Virus record (IMG/VR): IMGVR_UViG_3300047551_001153
Coordinates: 13,600 to 77,599 of that record
DNA: 64,000 nt
Reading direction: 5' to 3' (one strand)
Source: a virus
The position numbers were made by a program, and so were the translations under genes. Numbering within the stretch: position 1 is the first letter of the stretch; each line of letters starts with the position of its first letter. Positions 42,518 through 52,277 of this stretch are shown one piece after another. The notes under the pieces were generated by a model that worked only from the letters and a program-made list of their open reading frames with translations, searched no databases and was not told the origin of the DNA.

Positions 42518-43111
42518 TCAGATAAGATTGAGATTCACATAATGGCCATAGAATGCAGGGTTGGTTACGACCGTTGTAGTGACGGGAACCGAAAGAGTGC
42601 TTGGTCTGCCGCCTGTAGTAATGGTTTGAAACACGCCAGACTGTATTTCATCAGCACGACCATAACCATGGAACTGACACATGGTTGATGCGCTCATGCC
42701 GACCGCAACCCAAAGTTGGTCACCAACTTTTATTGACTGGTCGAGCACAACATTTACTTTCTTTCGGTTTGCAATACCTGTTCCAACGCCATACACTTGC
42801 GCCGAAATGTCAGTATATCCGAGTCTCGTCAATGAAGCACCGCCGCCAAGTGTGAAATCTCCTCTGAATATTCCTATTTCAGCCCAACTGATTGATACGG
42901 CGGTTCCTGCATCAACGATGTATTGAACTTCGGCGTTTTCGCTGTTGATTCCTGCAACGCCCATGTAATAGAAATACGGTTGTTTTCCGTCAGCGGTTGT
43001 GGGCGAGCGATATGTTGCGCTACTGCTTGTTCCGTTGAAAACAGCCGTTGGAAAAAGAGCGTTGGTTGTATTATTTACGATATCATGAGGAACTGCGTAA
43101 TTGTGTGACAT
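42518..43111 (-). CDS. Beta-rich virion accessory protein, paralogue 3 of 3
   Basis: Start MSHNY (TAATG coupling); 'SWAEIGIFRG...SLTRLG...GDQLWVAVG'. Confidence 0.65.
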   Translation of the reverse strand: MSHNYAVPHDIVNNTTNALFPTAVFNGTSSSATYRSPTTADGKQPYFYYMGVAGINSENAEVQYIVDAGTAVSISWAEIGIFRGDFTLGGGASLTRLGYTDISAQVYGVGTGIANRKKVNVVLDQSIKVGDQLWVAVGMSASTMCQFHGYGRADEIQSGVFQTITTGGRPSTLSVPVTTTVVTNPAFYGHYVNLNLI

Positions 43112-43779
43112 TATGCTCTCCCTGTATAATATTTCAACGAAAACCAAGGAAAGATGTTTGTCGGTGAATCAGGTATTACGGGGAAATGTGGTCCTGGTCC
43201 CACGGTATTGGATATGGCAAGTGTGGATGCGCCCTGTGCGTTTGAAAGTATACCCGATGCATTTGTGTCAAATCCACCACCAGTTAAAACTGGAGCAACT
43301 GGGCTTGTGCCACCTGTTGCGTTGTATCCGAACACAATCCACAGCGGTGTTCCAACCGATATTGTTGTGCCCGTGATGGGTGACGCTGTATGTCCAAAAA
43401 CGATTCGTTTCAATCCTGCGGTAGCACCGTTAGTGGTGCTGTTGACGATCCCTTGAATGTTCACAGTTGATAAAACAGATAAAGTATTCACGCCGCTCAT
43501 TTGAAAATTATATAATCCTTTACACAAACCGATTTCCATATAGTAGTTTGTGGGAGCGGATGCACCATAACTCGCAGGTGTCTTCAGGTGAAAGTTCATG
43601 GAAACAGCACCGACCGTAATCGGAGCATATCCCACAAACACGGCTCTCCATGTGGAAGACATGGTAAAACTGTTAGATACAATCGTTGCTAAACTTGTTC
43701 CGTCAACGCAAACTCTACCGCTTTGTCCAAAACGGGAGCCTACTACCAAAGGTGTTTTGTTGAGTGAATTATTAGCCAT
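43111..43779 (-). CDS. Beta-rich virion accessory protein, paralogue 2 of 3
   Basis: 'YMEIGLCKG...GTPLWIVFG'. Confidence 0.65.
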   Translation of the reverse strand: MANNSLNKTPLVVGSRFGQSGRVCVDGTSLATIVSNSFTMSSTWRAVFVGYAPITVGAVSMNFHLKTPASYGASAPTNYYMEIGLCKGLYNFQMSGVNTLSVLSTVNIQGIVNSTTNGATAGLKRIVFGHTASPITGTTISVGTPLWIVFGYNATGGTSPVAPVLTGGGFDTNASGILSNAQGASTLAISNTVGPGPHFPVIPDSPTNIFPWFSLKYYTGRA

Positions 43780-44383
43780 TCAATTTCACCGTAATACGAG
43801 GAACATATGTCGCTGTCGCTCCATATGCAAAACTGGTCGCAGGATTGGTCATGTCGGACAATTTTTGATTGCTCAACGCCACGGTCAAATATCTGCCACT
43901 CTGAAGAAACTCGGGACTTGTCGCCCAAAGAGTGCTACAAACACTTGCCGAACAGCCGATGGCCACCCACAATTCCTCTCCCAAATCACAAGTAGAACCG
44001 TTGAATGAGCAATCAAATGCTTTGAATCCTGTGGTTCCGCTGACGATGCTGACGGTTCCCATTCTCGTAAGAGAGGAAGGAAGAGTTTCTACCTGAGCAA
44101 ACGGAGCGGCGGCGGTGGCAGGAACGCCCGCTGTTAATGACTCTGGATAAAAGCCTTTCCAAATACCCACTTCCGCCCATGTAACATTTGTTCCCGTCAC
44201 CGACATATACATCGCAACACCACAACCAGTAAGAGAAGCGGATGGCGATGGGCCAAGATAGAAACAATGTGCGGATTGAGATGTCAGGCTGACCGTGGTG
44301 TTCACAACGCTGGAAAACCAGTTCGTACTAAGAACCGTATCGCCTCGCACAAGATATTCATTTGTTGTATAAGATTGACTCAT
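43772..44383 (-). CDS. Beta-rich virion accessory protein, paralogue 1 of 3
   Basis: 'TWAEVGIWKG...SLTRMG...GEELWVAIG'. Confidence 0.65.
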   Translation of the reverse strand: MSQSYTTNEYLVRGDTVLSTNWFSSVVNTTVSLTSQSAHCFYLGPSPSASLTGCGVAMYMSVTGTNVTWAEVGIWKGFYPESLTAGVPATAAAPFAQVETLPSSLTRMGTVSIVSGTTGFKAFDCSFNGSTCDLGEELWVAIGCSASVCSTLWATSPEFLQSGRYLTVALSNQKLSDMTNPATSFAYGATATYVPRITVKLNG

Positions 44384-44586
44384 ATGGATGCAATGTAATT
44401 ATAAAAATCCTGAAAACTGAAAGTTCTGTCTAAGGTTGATGAACCGTTGAGTTGCACACGAATTTGCCCCGATTCTGTTGCGGTTAGGACAATACTGTCC
44501 AAACCCTCGCTCGCCGAAAGCGTATCCAAAGGAACCGAGATGTTTTCAGTCACTTGGTGGATGACTGTTTTTGCTCCGATTATCAT
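44380..44586 (-). CDS. Hypothetical protein
   Basis: ATGA overlaps on both sides. Confidence 0.65.
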   Translation of the reverse strand: MIIGAKTVIHQVTENISVPLDTLSASEGLDSIVLTATESGQIRVQLNGSSTLDRTFSFQDFYNYIASI

Positions 44587-44912
44587 GTGATTTCCACTCC
44601 AAAAGCGTTGAATGAAAGATTGGCGTTGCCTGCATACACCCGAATCTTGTCGGTTGTTGCAAGGCTGATGCCTATTGTGGCCACGAATGTGTCCATGCCG
44701 CCGATGGTAATATCGTCATACAAGTAGTCTTTGTTTGTAGTAGCCGCACCCGCTTGACTTACCGAGATGCGAAAGGTGGTGCTTGTGGTTCCACGATTGC
44801 ACACGACGATACTGCTCACAACCGCACTTGTGGCGGCGGGAACCGTATACAAGTCGGTTTCGGTTGTGGCGTTTGGAGCCGATTGACCTAAGATTTTTAC
44901 CGTGTCTGGCAT
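44583..44912 (-). CDS. Conserved small phage virion protein
   Basis: 'KILGQSAP.ATT.TDLYTVP..TSAVVS.I.VCN...SFNAFG.EI', a pattern familiar from fibre clusters of aquatic phages. Confidence 0.75.
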   Translation of the reverse strand: MPDTVKILGQSAPNATTETDLYTVPAATSAVVSSIVVCNRGTTSTTFRISVSQAGAATTNKDYLYDDITIGGMDTFVATIGISLATTDKIRVYAGNANLSFNAFGVEIT

Positions 44913-44915
44913 ATA

Positions 44916-45419
44916 TTACATTCCTGAAAACAAGAAAGGTCTTGATAGTGATGTTTGATATGAACCTGTGATGCTGACTGTTCCTGTTGCGCTGACCGAG
45001 AAGTGGTTCGGGTTGAATGACGCTACACCCGTCACGCCTGTGGTTGTTGCAAGGGGTGAAGAGCCACCACCACCTGCCGAGGATGAGATTGTGATTGTGC
45101 TTCCGACCGTGCTTACTGTAACATTTGAACCCTGAGCGATTGTTACTGGGCCAGTTATGCTGTTGACGGAGGTTACATAGTTGCTTGTAAGACTTACGGC
45201 TCCTGCGGCACTTACTACAAACTCATTACCGAACGAAGCAACACCCGTCACACTTGAAGTGGCAAGAGGCGGTGCGTATGTTACAGCACCCGTGGACCCA
45301 TTGAAACTATTGACAACATTGGACGACGAAACCGTGCCAACAATAGCACCGCTGGCGTTCACTACCGTTGTGCCGTTGACCGAGAATCCGTCCGTTGAGT
45401 CAAATTGTGTACCTGCCAT
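44916..45419 (-). CDS. Short fibre-like repeat protein
   Basis: 'VNSFNGSTGAV' and 'A.SSVTGVASF..F.VS..GAVS' repeats; ends 'PFLFSGM'. Confidence 0.7.
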   Translation of the reverse strand: MAGTQFDSTDGFSVNGTTVVNASGAIVGTVSSSNVVNSFNGSTGAVTYAPPLATSSVTGVASFGNEFVVSAAGAVSLTSNYVTSVNSITGPVTIAQGSNVTVSTVGSTITISSSAGGGGSSPLATTTGVTGVASFNPNHFSVSATGTVSITGSYQTSLSRPFLFSGM

Positions 45420-45438
45420 ATCTTACCTTATTTAGAAG

Positions 45439-46314
45439 TTATGCCCCAGCCCCACCGACAATTGGTGACAATACAGCATATACTCTGAATATCGTGCTTG
45501 TTGCTGATGCGGGAGTCGCTCTTAGTCTCCATTCGTCACTCGAATAATCCACCGTAAATGTAGCAACCGTATTACCAACCGATACGGTTCCATATTGAGT
45601 ATGCGTAACCGTTGAGCCGTCAGCAAGAGCGACAATCATGAATCGTGTTGAGAGAACACCCAAAGTTCCCGATACTAAAGTTCCCTGTTCCGCTTGAACT
45701 ATAATATCAGCAGAAGCATATCCTTCTATAAGACTCAATGCCCCGCTACTTGCAAGCGTAAACTGAGATGTGCTTGTAGTGGTGCTTGTGTATGTCTTGA
45801 CAACCTGACCGCTTGGAAGCCTGATTATGTCGGATACAGCATCACCAACTGTCAGGTTTCCGTTGATGGCGACATTTCCGTTGAAGGTCGCACCTTGAGC
45901 AACAAAGAGACTTTGAGTGGTAAGTCCGCTTGTGAAACTCGCTCGGCTGTTGAAGGTCGCACCCTGCGAAACTAACAGACTCTGGGTCGTGAGACCTGCG
46001 TTGAGCGTTTGAAGACCCGTGAAGGTGTTTGCCGAGTTGGTTCGGGCGACATTAGAGAGACTAACAGCACCCGACGAAACCGTGAAGTCGGACGAGTTGA
46101 ACGAGGCGACACCCGTGACGCTTGTGGTGGCGAGGGGTGGAGCATAAGTGACTGCACCCGTGGAACCGTTGAAACTGTTGACGATATTTGGTGCTGAAAT
46201 ATTTCCGCTGAATGTAGCACCCAGACCGACAAAACCTCTTGCCGAGTCTATGACAACCGAGTTGCCCGTTCCTACGGAAAATCCGCCTACTGAATTGTAT
46301 GGTTGGATAGACAT
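45439..46314 (-). CDS. Fibre-like protein
   Basis: Same repeats, plus tandem 'GLTTQSL.V.QGATFN' and a C-terminal 'TQYG.V....VATF' domain. Confidence 0.7.
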   Translation of the reverse strand: MSIQPYNSVGGFSVGTGNSVVIDSARGFVGLGATFSGNISAPNIVNSFNGSTGAVTYAPPLATTSVTGVASFNSSDFTVSSGAVSLSNVARTNSANTFTGLQTLNAGLTTQSLLVSQGATFNSRASFTSGLTTQSLFVAQGATFNGNVAINGNLTVGDAVSDIIRLPSGQVVKTYTSTTTSTSQFTLASSGALSLIEGYASADIIVQAEQGTLVSGTLGVLSTRFMIVALADGSTVTHTQYGTVSVGNTVATFTVDYSSDEWRLRATPASATSTIFRVYAVLSPIVGGAGA

Positions 46315-46325
46315 GGGTTATATCG

Positions 46326-48119
46326 TTAGACTATTTGATTGAGTCCCTTATAGATGATGGTATTGATGTCAAAATATGTTTTTGCCGATGAACTGGGTGT
46401 AACCACCAATCCCCAATAATCATTATAACCTGTCGCTTCAATAGCGAATGTTCCTAACTCCGTTCCTGTAGAAATGTTTGAATATTCCGTGAATTTTGCA
46501 CCAGAGCCGTTTTGATTGCCCAAAATCATGAATTTTCTTATGCTATAGTTAATTTGGTCATCTGTGTAGGCAAAAACCGTGACATCCGCCGCATGGTGAT
46601 ATGATATGGATACGATGGATGCGGTGATTCCGCCCGTTGAACCTGAATCTGGTGTAAACGAATATTCGTTTGGCTCCGCACCCTGAACCAATAAAACTTT
46701 TGTCGTTGAATTAGTTATGACTTGCTTTCCGAGGTTGTCGGATATTGTGGTCGCTCCGCAGTCTGGATAAGAAAGCAGTCTGTACTTGTTTGTTTGGTAC
46801 ATTACTTTCTGACATTCAATGTCGGAGCCATATACTGTTGGAGGTACAAATCCATCGGGCGGAACCGTAACATTATTTGGTCTAAACAGATTAACTTGAC
46901 CGACATTTGTTACAAAAAACTGAACAGGATTGTAACTGTTAACACCCGTAATTGAAGTGGTTCCAAGCGGAACAGCATTTTCAATGCGAGCCAGATTTCC
47001 AGTTTTGGTTATGACTATCCTATTTCCCGCTGTAACCGAATCACCTGTCACCTGATATGATGGAGCAAGAGAGACAGCACCAAGACCACTTACTGAAAAA
47101 TAAGTTGAATCGAAAGATGCTACGCCCGTCAAACTTTGAGTCGCAACAGATGGAGCATATACTACTGATCCTGTAAAACCGTTGAAACTCTTGACATAAT
47201 TTGCAGTAAGGCTCACACTGCCTAAATTACTGACCACAAACTCATCAGTAAAAGATGCTACACCCGTAACAGAACTTGTAGCCACAGGACTATTACTTCC
47301 AATTGTTACAGTATTACCCGATCTTGATACTGAAATCCTTGAACCCGCTACAACTGTATCACCTGTTACTTGATATGTCGATGCTAAAGAAACAGCACCC
47401 AAGCCACTAACGGTAAAGTATGATGAGTTAAAGGATGCTACACCTGTCAAACTTTGTGTGGCAACGGGTGTGGCATACAAAACAGATCCTGTAAGGCCAT
47501 TGAAACTCTTGACATGGTTGCTTGTTATACTTACTGCACCCAAAGCACTTACAATAAATTCGTTACCAAAAGATGCCACGCCTGTGACACTGGAGGAAGC
47601 GATAGGAATTACTGCGGGGAGGCTACTAAGAGTAACATTACCTGTCTGTCCATTTATTGATTTTACAATACCTGCTGTTAGACTTACAGCACCGAGTGCC
47701 GACACATTAAAATCAGTTGCATTAAAAGATGCCGCACCAGTAATACTGGATGATGCAATTGGAATATTGACAGAACCAGAACCAACAGGGACACCATTAG
47801 AATATATGGTTCCCTGAACATATAAATCTTCTTGAATTCCAACACCACCATAAACAACTAAAGCACCAGTTGATACACTATTTGACGGGGTGGTGTTTTC
47901 AATATTAACTACACCCTGAAATATATTTGTATCTGTAAATGTGTTGGGTAATGCGAGCAAAGCCGCACCAACTGGTGTTGAGCCTAATTCAACGATGCTT
48001 CCCGTGCTACCAACAAACAATCTTCCATCAGCCACATTTACAGCAAGTTCACCCAATGTCAAACCTGTGGGTTGAAAACCCGCAGTAAGACCACGCTTGA
48101 TTTTGATGATATTCGCCAT
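46326..48119 (-). CDS. Fibre protein with 'IKIKRG...GELAVN..DG.LFVG' N-terminus and repeated TGVASF modules
   Basis: About six 'A..S.TGVASF...F.VS.LGAVSL' modules. Confidence 0.75.
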   Translation of the reverse strand: MANIIKIKRGLTAGFQPTGLTLGELAVNVADGRLFVGSTGSIVELGSTPVGAALLALPNTFTDTNIFQGVVNIENTTPSNSVSTGALVVYGGVGIQEDLYVQGTIYSNGVPVGSGSVNIPIASSSITGAASFNATDFNVSALGAVSLTAGIVKSINGQTGNVTLSSLPAVIPIASSSVTGVASFGNEFIVSALGAVSITSNHVKSFNGLTGSVLYATPVATQSLTGVASFNSSYFTVSGLGAVSLASTYQVTGDTVVAGSRISVSRSGNTVTIGSNSPVATSSVTGVASFTDEFVVSNLGSVSLTANYVKSFNGFTGSVVYAPSVATQSLTGVASFDSTYFSVSGLGAVSLAPSYQVTGDSVTAGNRIVITKTGNLARIENAVPLGTTSITGVNSYNPVQFFVTNVGQVNLFRPNNVTVPPDGFVPPTVYGSDIECQKVMYQTNKYRLLSYPDCGATTISDNLGKQVITNSTTKVLLVQGAEPNEYSFTPDSGSTGGITASIVSISYHHAADVTVFAYTDDQINYSIRKFMILGNQNGSGAKFTEYSNISTGTELGTFAIEATGYNDYWGLVVTPSSSAKTYFDINTIIYKGLNQIV

Positions 48120-48278
48120 TTAGAAGTTTCCGCCGTCAATATTTATAGAGAAAAGGTCATCTATGCTGATGGTGGTTACGGGGTACACCTGCCAAGCCTC
48201 TCCGTCCCAACGCCAACTGGAGTAATCATATGTATAGATTTGATTCAACGAAGGATTTGCAGGAAATGCGAGTGCCAT
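48120..48278 (-). CDS. 52-aa virion peptide (below the ORF-track cutoff)
   Basis: MALAFPANPSLNQIYTYDYSSWRWDGEAWQVYPVTTISIDDLFSINIDGGNF*; SD AAGGA; 'FP.NP...Y.....W.WDG.AW' is a common fibre N-terminal motif. Confidence 0.8.
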   Translation of the reverse strand: MALAFPANPSLNQIYTYDYSSWRWDGEAWQVYPVTTISIDDLFSINIDGGNF

Positions 48279-48287
48279 GGTTGTTCC

Positions 48288-49571
48288 TTAGATGATATCA
48301 AACCAACTCAAATCAATAGAAATGTTTGTGCTTGCCGCAAAAGCCCGAGCCGCAATCGTAACCGTATCACTTTTTCCAGTTGCGCCTGTTATGCTCGTTT
48401 GAGTGCGTCCAAGTTGAAAGTTAAAGTCGTTGATGGATGATATGTCAAGCACACCGCTCTCATCAAAGAAGCCGCCAATAATATCGGTTCCTGTGACCTC
48501 AATGTGTGTGGGGGTAAAAGTATAATCAACATTTCCGTTTACATGGGTCGTCCATACCACATTTGGGCTACCTTGAGCCGACAAACCAGCATTAAGCAAC
48601 ACACGATATTCAACGGCTCGTGTGCCTGCGGCTTGATTGCTTGTGGTAACTAATCCGTTTAGATTGGAGGGAACCACCACACTATCCAAACGATTTTCAT
48701 TTAGTCGTATTGATACAAGCGGACGCAGGCGGTCGGTGGGTAAATTGGTTATAGGACTTCCGTCAGTACCAACATTCGCACGGCGACTGAAACCTTCGTA
48801 TCCACCTTCGCTAATTATGCTACTGCAAATCTGCTTCATGGTTGCGCCCGTGATACTCTGTCCGTTCAGTGTTCCAGTCACGCCAGTTCCGATGGACTCA
48901 ATCTCGTAACGAACAGGAAGCACCGCCGTGGTCATGTATGTGGTGGAATTGATGTTGTCGTTGTGAAATATGTGGGCAATCACAGGCTTGCCGTCTATGA
49001 AGAAACCCGTTCGCACATCGCCCACGCCAAGCCATTCAATGTCCGTCCAGAAAATGTTTGCGCCTGTGACACTCAACACACGACCGCTTGGTCCGTTGCC
49101 ATCGTATGTGTCATCGCTCCAACTTGATTGTGGAATGCGGCGAGTGGTGCTGTCCACGGTTCCAGTAACATTTGAGCGCAGAACCATGTATGCGGTCAAA
49201 CCATCTTGTTCAAAATACACGCCGTTTTTTTCGCCGAAGTATCCGACTCGTTGACGCAGATTTTGGTGCGGTTGGTTCATCACGAATGTGTTGAGACTCA
49301 ACAGCGACTTGCCGGGTTGATACGGAAACACACGCTTGGTTTCACGATACACTTTTGACCCCGTGGTCAAGCCGATGGTCATGTGAATCGTGCTTTCGTT
49401 GGGCATGTGATGGTGGGTTCCGCCAGTTGCGGTGATGGTACTCCACTTGTCGTTTTCTTGATAGCGGTGTTGCGAGTCGAACAGAGTGAAAGGATTGGCC
49501 ACACGCAGACGATTGAAAGCGTCAACCGTATCCTCTTTGAAACCCACCAAATCGTTGAACAAGTAACTCAT
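48288..49571 (-). CDS. Conserved phage virion protein (beta-sandwich / lectin-like candidate)
   Basis: 'DAF.RLRV.NPFTLFDS', 'YQPGKS', 'QRVGYF...NG.YFE', 'DIEWLGVG.VR.GF', 'YMTTA.LP.RYEI'. Confidence 0.75.
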   Translation of the reverse strand: MSYLFNDLVGFKEDTVDAFNRLRVANPFTLFDSQHRYQENDKWSTITATGGTHHHMPNESTIHMTIGLTTGSKVYRETKRVFPYQPGKSLLSLNTFVMNQPHQNLRQRVGYFGEKNGVYFEQDGLTAYMVLRSNVTGTVDSTTRRIPQSSWSDDTYDGNGPSGRVLSVTGANIFWTDIEWLGVGDVRTGFFIDGKPVIAHIFHNDNINSTTYMTTAVLPVRYEIESIGTGVTGTLNGQSITGATMKQICSSIISEGGYEGFSRRANVGTDGSPITNLPTDRLRPLVSIRLNENRLDSVVVPSNLNGLVTTSNQAAGTRAVEYRVLLNAGLSAQGSPNVVWTTHVNGNVDYTFTPTHIEVTGTDIIGGFFDESGVLDISSINDFNFQLGRTQTSITGATGKSDTVTIAARAFAASTNISIDLSWFDII

Positions 49572-51262
49572 ATGATTCTCCACCCCGCACGATAAATGAA
49601 CTGCAATGCACCATTATCTATCGCCAACACCGCTGAGTCTTGGTTGTCTATCTTATGGGACGCACTACCACCCACAATCGTGATTCGGTGGTTTACGCCC
49701 TTTCCACAGTTTCCAGACTCGTCCTTGATGGTGATTTGCCTACCCGTCTCTGGGCTTACAGGGAGAGTAATCGTCACGGGGCCGTCATAGTTCACGCCGA
49801 CATAGTAATCGCTGTCCGTAACCTGATAGGATGAGGCGGTCACCGATGCGGTCGCCAAAATGGAGACCGTCATGTTGGGCATACTGGGCTGAAGCCAGAC
49901 ATAGGCTCCACCCGCACCCGCAGGCGCATAGACATACTCAATACCCGTATCCGAGTCCATCCAACGGCTACCTGCCGTTATGCCTGTTGTTGGGGCAGTC
50001 GCCCTGTAGTTGTAGTCGCTTGAGCGAATCTTGAGGGTGTTCGTGGCGGAGTCTGTCGTGAGAAAGACATGATATCCCGCTTCAACGGTCAGGGTTTCTT
50101 TATCGTACTGAACCGAAGTCAGGTCAGATTGACCCGAAACGCTGATGACCTTGAACGCTGTGTCCAGACCACCACCGCCGTCATACAGGACGGGCTTACC
50201 ACCACCGCTACCAGACCCGATAACCTTTTGAAGTTTCTTCAGGTCGATGCTGATGCGTTGGTCTTTGAGAACCAAGGGAGCCTGAGCCGACACGATGCCC
50301 ATCGGACCCGTATCGCCCTTCTCACCCCTATCGCCCTGAGGCCCTGCTAATCCTTGCTCTCCTTGTGGTCCTCGTAACCCAACAGGGCCTTGATTTCCTT
50401 GAGGGCCTTGCTCGCCTCTCTCGCCCTTTTCGCCTCTTTCACCTTGCGGGCCTTGAGGTCCCTGACTTCCTTCAGTACCTGCTTCACCCTTTTCTCCACG
50501 CTCTCCCCGAGGCCCCGCATCGCCCTTAACGCCCTGCGGCCCATCTTGTCCTTGCGGGCCAACAGAACCGGGTGGTCCGGGTTCTCCTCTCTCACCCTTC
50601 TCTCCCGCTTGCCCTTGAAGACCTTGAAGTCCTCGCTCGCCTTGGATTCCCTGCGGTCCCTGCTCTCCCTGCTCACCCTTGTCGCCCTTGAGTCCTTTCT
50701 CACCCTTCTCTCCTTTCGGCCCTTGAGGGCCTTGGGGTCCCATCGGTCCTTCTGGACCCTGTTCGCCTATGTCGCCTCTATCGCCTTTGTCGCCTTTGAG
50801 TCCTTGCAGACCCTGTTTACCTCTCGGGCCACGGATTCCGTGTTCACCCGCAGGCCCCTGTGGGCCTCTTTCAACAATAACGACTTTCTTCGTCCTTGTG
50901 GGGACGATAGGCTCTTCGGCAACATACTCGGAGGACTCAGCAACCTGTTGAGGTTCGGTCTCCTCGGCGAGAAGCACAAATGAAGAGTTGAGAATTTCGG
51001 TTCCTGCTTTGAGGATGTGGGCATTGCCTTCTTCATCCAGAAGATAGGCTTCTCCGATGCCCTTATATCGGTGTATATCCCCGCCCTCGCAATCCACTCG
51101 GGTTGAGACACGGAATACTGAACCCGCACCAAACCCCATAAGCCCGTCATTGACGAGTCGGAGTTTGGTTCCTTTTGGGGGGCCAAGGCCAGAGAGTGAA
51201 GCATAGGTGATGCTTTCCTCTTCTTCACCACCAGAAAAGAATTCATTGAACTTTATAGGCAT
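49568..51262 (-). CDS. Collagen-like protein
   Basis: ~64 uninterrupted G-X-Y triplets; C-terminal 'ITLP.....G..I.IKDESG' domain. Confidence 0.85.
   Translation of the reverse strand: MPIKFNEFFSGGEEEESITYASLSGLGPPKGTKLRLVNDGLMGFGAGSVFRVSTRVDCEGGDIHRYKGIGEAYLLDEEGNAHILKAGTEILNSSFVLLAEETEPQQVAESSEYVAEEPIVPTRTKKVVIVERGPQGPAGEHGIRGPRGKQGLQGLKGDKGDRGDIGEQGPEGPMGPQGPQGPKGEKGEKGLKGDKGEQGEQGPQGIQGERGLQGLQGQAGEKGERGEPGPPGSVGPQGQDGPQGVKGDAGPRGERGEKGEAGTEGSQGPQGPQGERGEKGERGEQGPQGNQGPVGLRGPQGEQGLAGPQGDRGEKGDTGPMGIVSAQAPLVLKDQRISIDLKKLQKVIGSGSGGGKPVLYDGGGGLDTAFKVISVSGQSDLTSVQYDKETLTVEAGYHVFLTTDSATNTLKIRSSDYNYRATAPTTGITAGSRWMDSDTGIEYVYAPAGAGGAYVWLQPSMPNMTVSILATASVTASSYQVTDSDYYVGVNYDGPVTITLPVSPETGRQITIKDESGNCGKGVNHRITIVGGSASHKIDNQDSAVLAIDNGALQFIYRAGWRII
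50291..50866 (-). repeat. Collagen G-X-Y x64 (GPQ/GEK/GDK/GER-rich)
   Basis: Counted from the translation. Confidence 0.95.
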
Positions 51263-51284
51263 TCAGTCTCTCGGGATACGAGAG

Positions 51285-51968
51285 TTATTTATTCATTAGA
51301 GCGGCCCATGAAATGGGGAATAAAGGTTGAATCAGTTTTTCAAAGGCATGGGCATACTCCCGAATCTCCCATTGAGCATGGGGGTCGGAACGAAGGCCGA
51401 CCACACGGGCGAAAGCGGCGAGGGAACCCGTCCACCACCACTCCGTATACACCCCCTGAGGAATGATGAAACGGGCCTGTTCTGGAGCCACGCCCTGTTT
51501 CAGGAGTTCCTCATATGCTAATTTAGCCTGTTCCACAATCCCGATGTAGAGAGTATTGAAGTCATGTAAAGACTCGTCCCGAATGAAGTCCGAACTGCCC
51601 TGCTTGGCCCCGTCTGTCGGCTTGGAACGCCATTTGGGGACATAGAAGTCGGGTTCATCAACGACATACCTGCGTGAGACCTCGTTCATCACGAGTCCGA
51701 CCGTATGCTTGGCGAACTGGGCACGAATGGGAATCGGAGCCTTGATTTGAAGCGAGACCGTGGCATGAGCAAAGGGTGTCCAATGCTTATGCTTGGCGAG
51801 ATAGTGAATGAGTTTCCTGTCCCTTTCGGTAGGCTCACCGTTCTCGTCCCCTTCACTATGTTTCTGGAAAGAGACACGGGCGGCGTTGACAACCGTCAGG
51901 TCATCACCCATCCAATCAACAAGACGAACGAAACCCTTATCCAACACTTGGACTTCACTCTGGCTCAT
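51285..51968 (-). CDS. thyX: Flavin-dependent thymidylate synthase
   Basis: 'VVNAARVSF', 'H.HWTPF.H', 'NEVSRRYV', 'APEQARF..PQ', 'HAQWEIREYA'. Confidence 0.95.
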   Translation of the reverse strand: MSQSEVQVLDKGFVRLVDWMGDDLTVVNAARVSFQKHSEGDENGEPTERDRKLIHYLAKHKHWTPFAHATVSLQIKAPIPIRAQFAKHTVGLVMNEVSRRYVVDEPDFYVPKWRSKPTDGAKQGSSDFIRDESLHDFNTLYIGIVEQAKLAYEELLKQGVAPEQARFIIPQGVYTEWWWTGSLAAFARVVGLRSDPHAQWEIREYAHAFEKLIQPLFPISWAALMNK

Positions 51969-51983
51969 AATAAAAACCTCACT

Positions 51984-52268
51984 TTACTGCTCAGTCGGGA
52001 ATGCGCTCTGGCGTGTCTCTGCCTTCATAGCATCTAAACGCTCTCCGACCTTGGAGTAGAGTGCCTGATAAATGTGTTGCTTTGCTTCGGCGGCTTTTTC
52101 GTTGGCGATGAGGTCAATGATGTCGGCGGGACTCGCCTCTACTTGCTGACCATCCTCGGAAGACTCGTCAGCAACAGCATCATCGTCTGTGTCATCAAAT
52201 TCAAATCCGTCTGCATCATTGCTGAAGTCGCTTTCATCATCGTCATAGTAAGGTTGTTCGGACTGCAT
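51984..52268 (-). CDS. Acidic small protein, prohead-core-like
   Basis: Very acidic N-half; 'DIIDLIA....AEAK..I..ALY.KV.ERLD' resembles the small gene normally found after the portal gene in T4-like phages. Confidence 0.5.
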   Translation of the reverse strand: MQSEQPYYDDDESDFSNDADGFEFDDTDDDAVADESSEDGQQVEASPADIIDLIANEKAAEAKQHIYQALYSKVGERLDAMKAETRQSAFPTEQ

Positions 52269-52277
52269 ATCATACTC

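Noticed and set aside
44916-48119. Diversity-generating retroelement (template/variable repeat pair) in fibre genes
   Set aside because: No reverse transcriptase in the window; repeat copies differ at synonymous positions rather than specifically at adenines.
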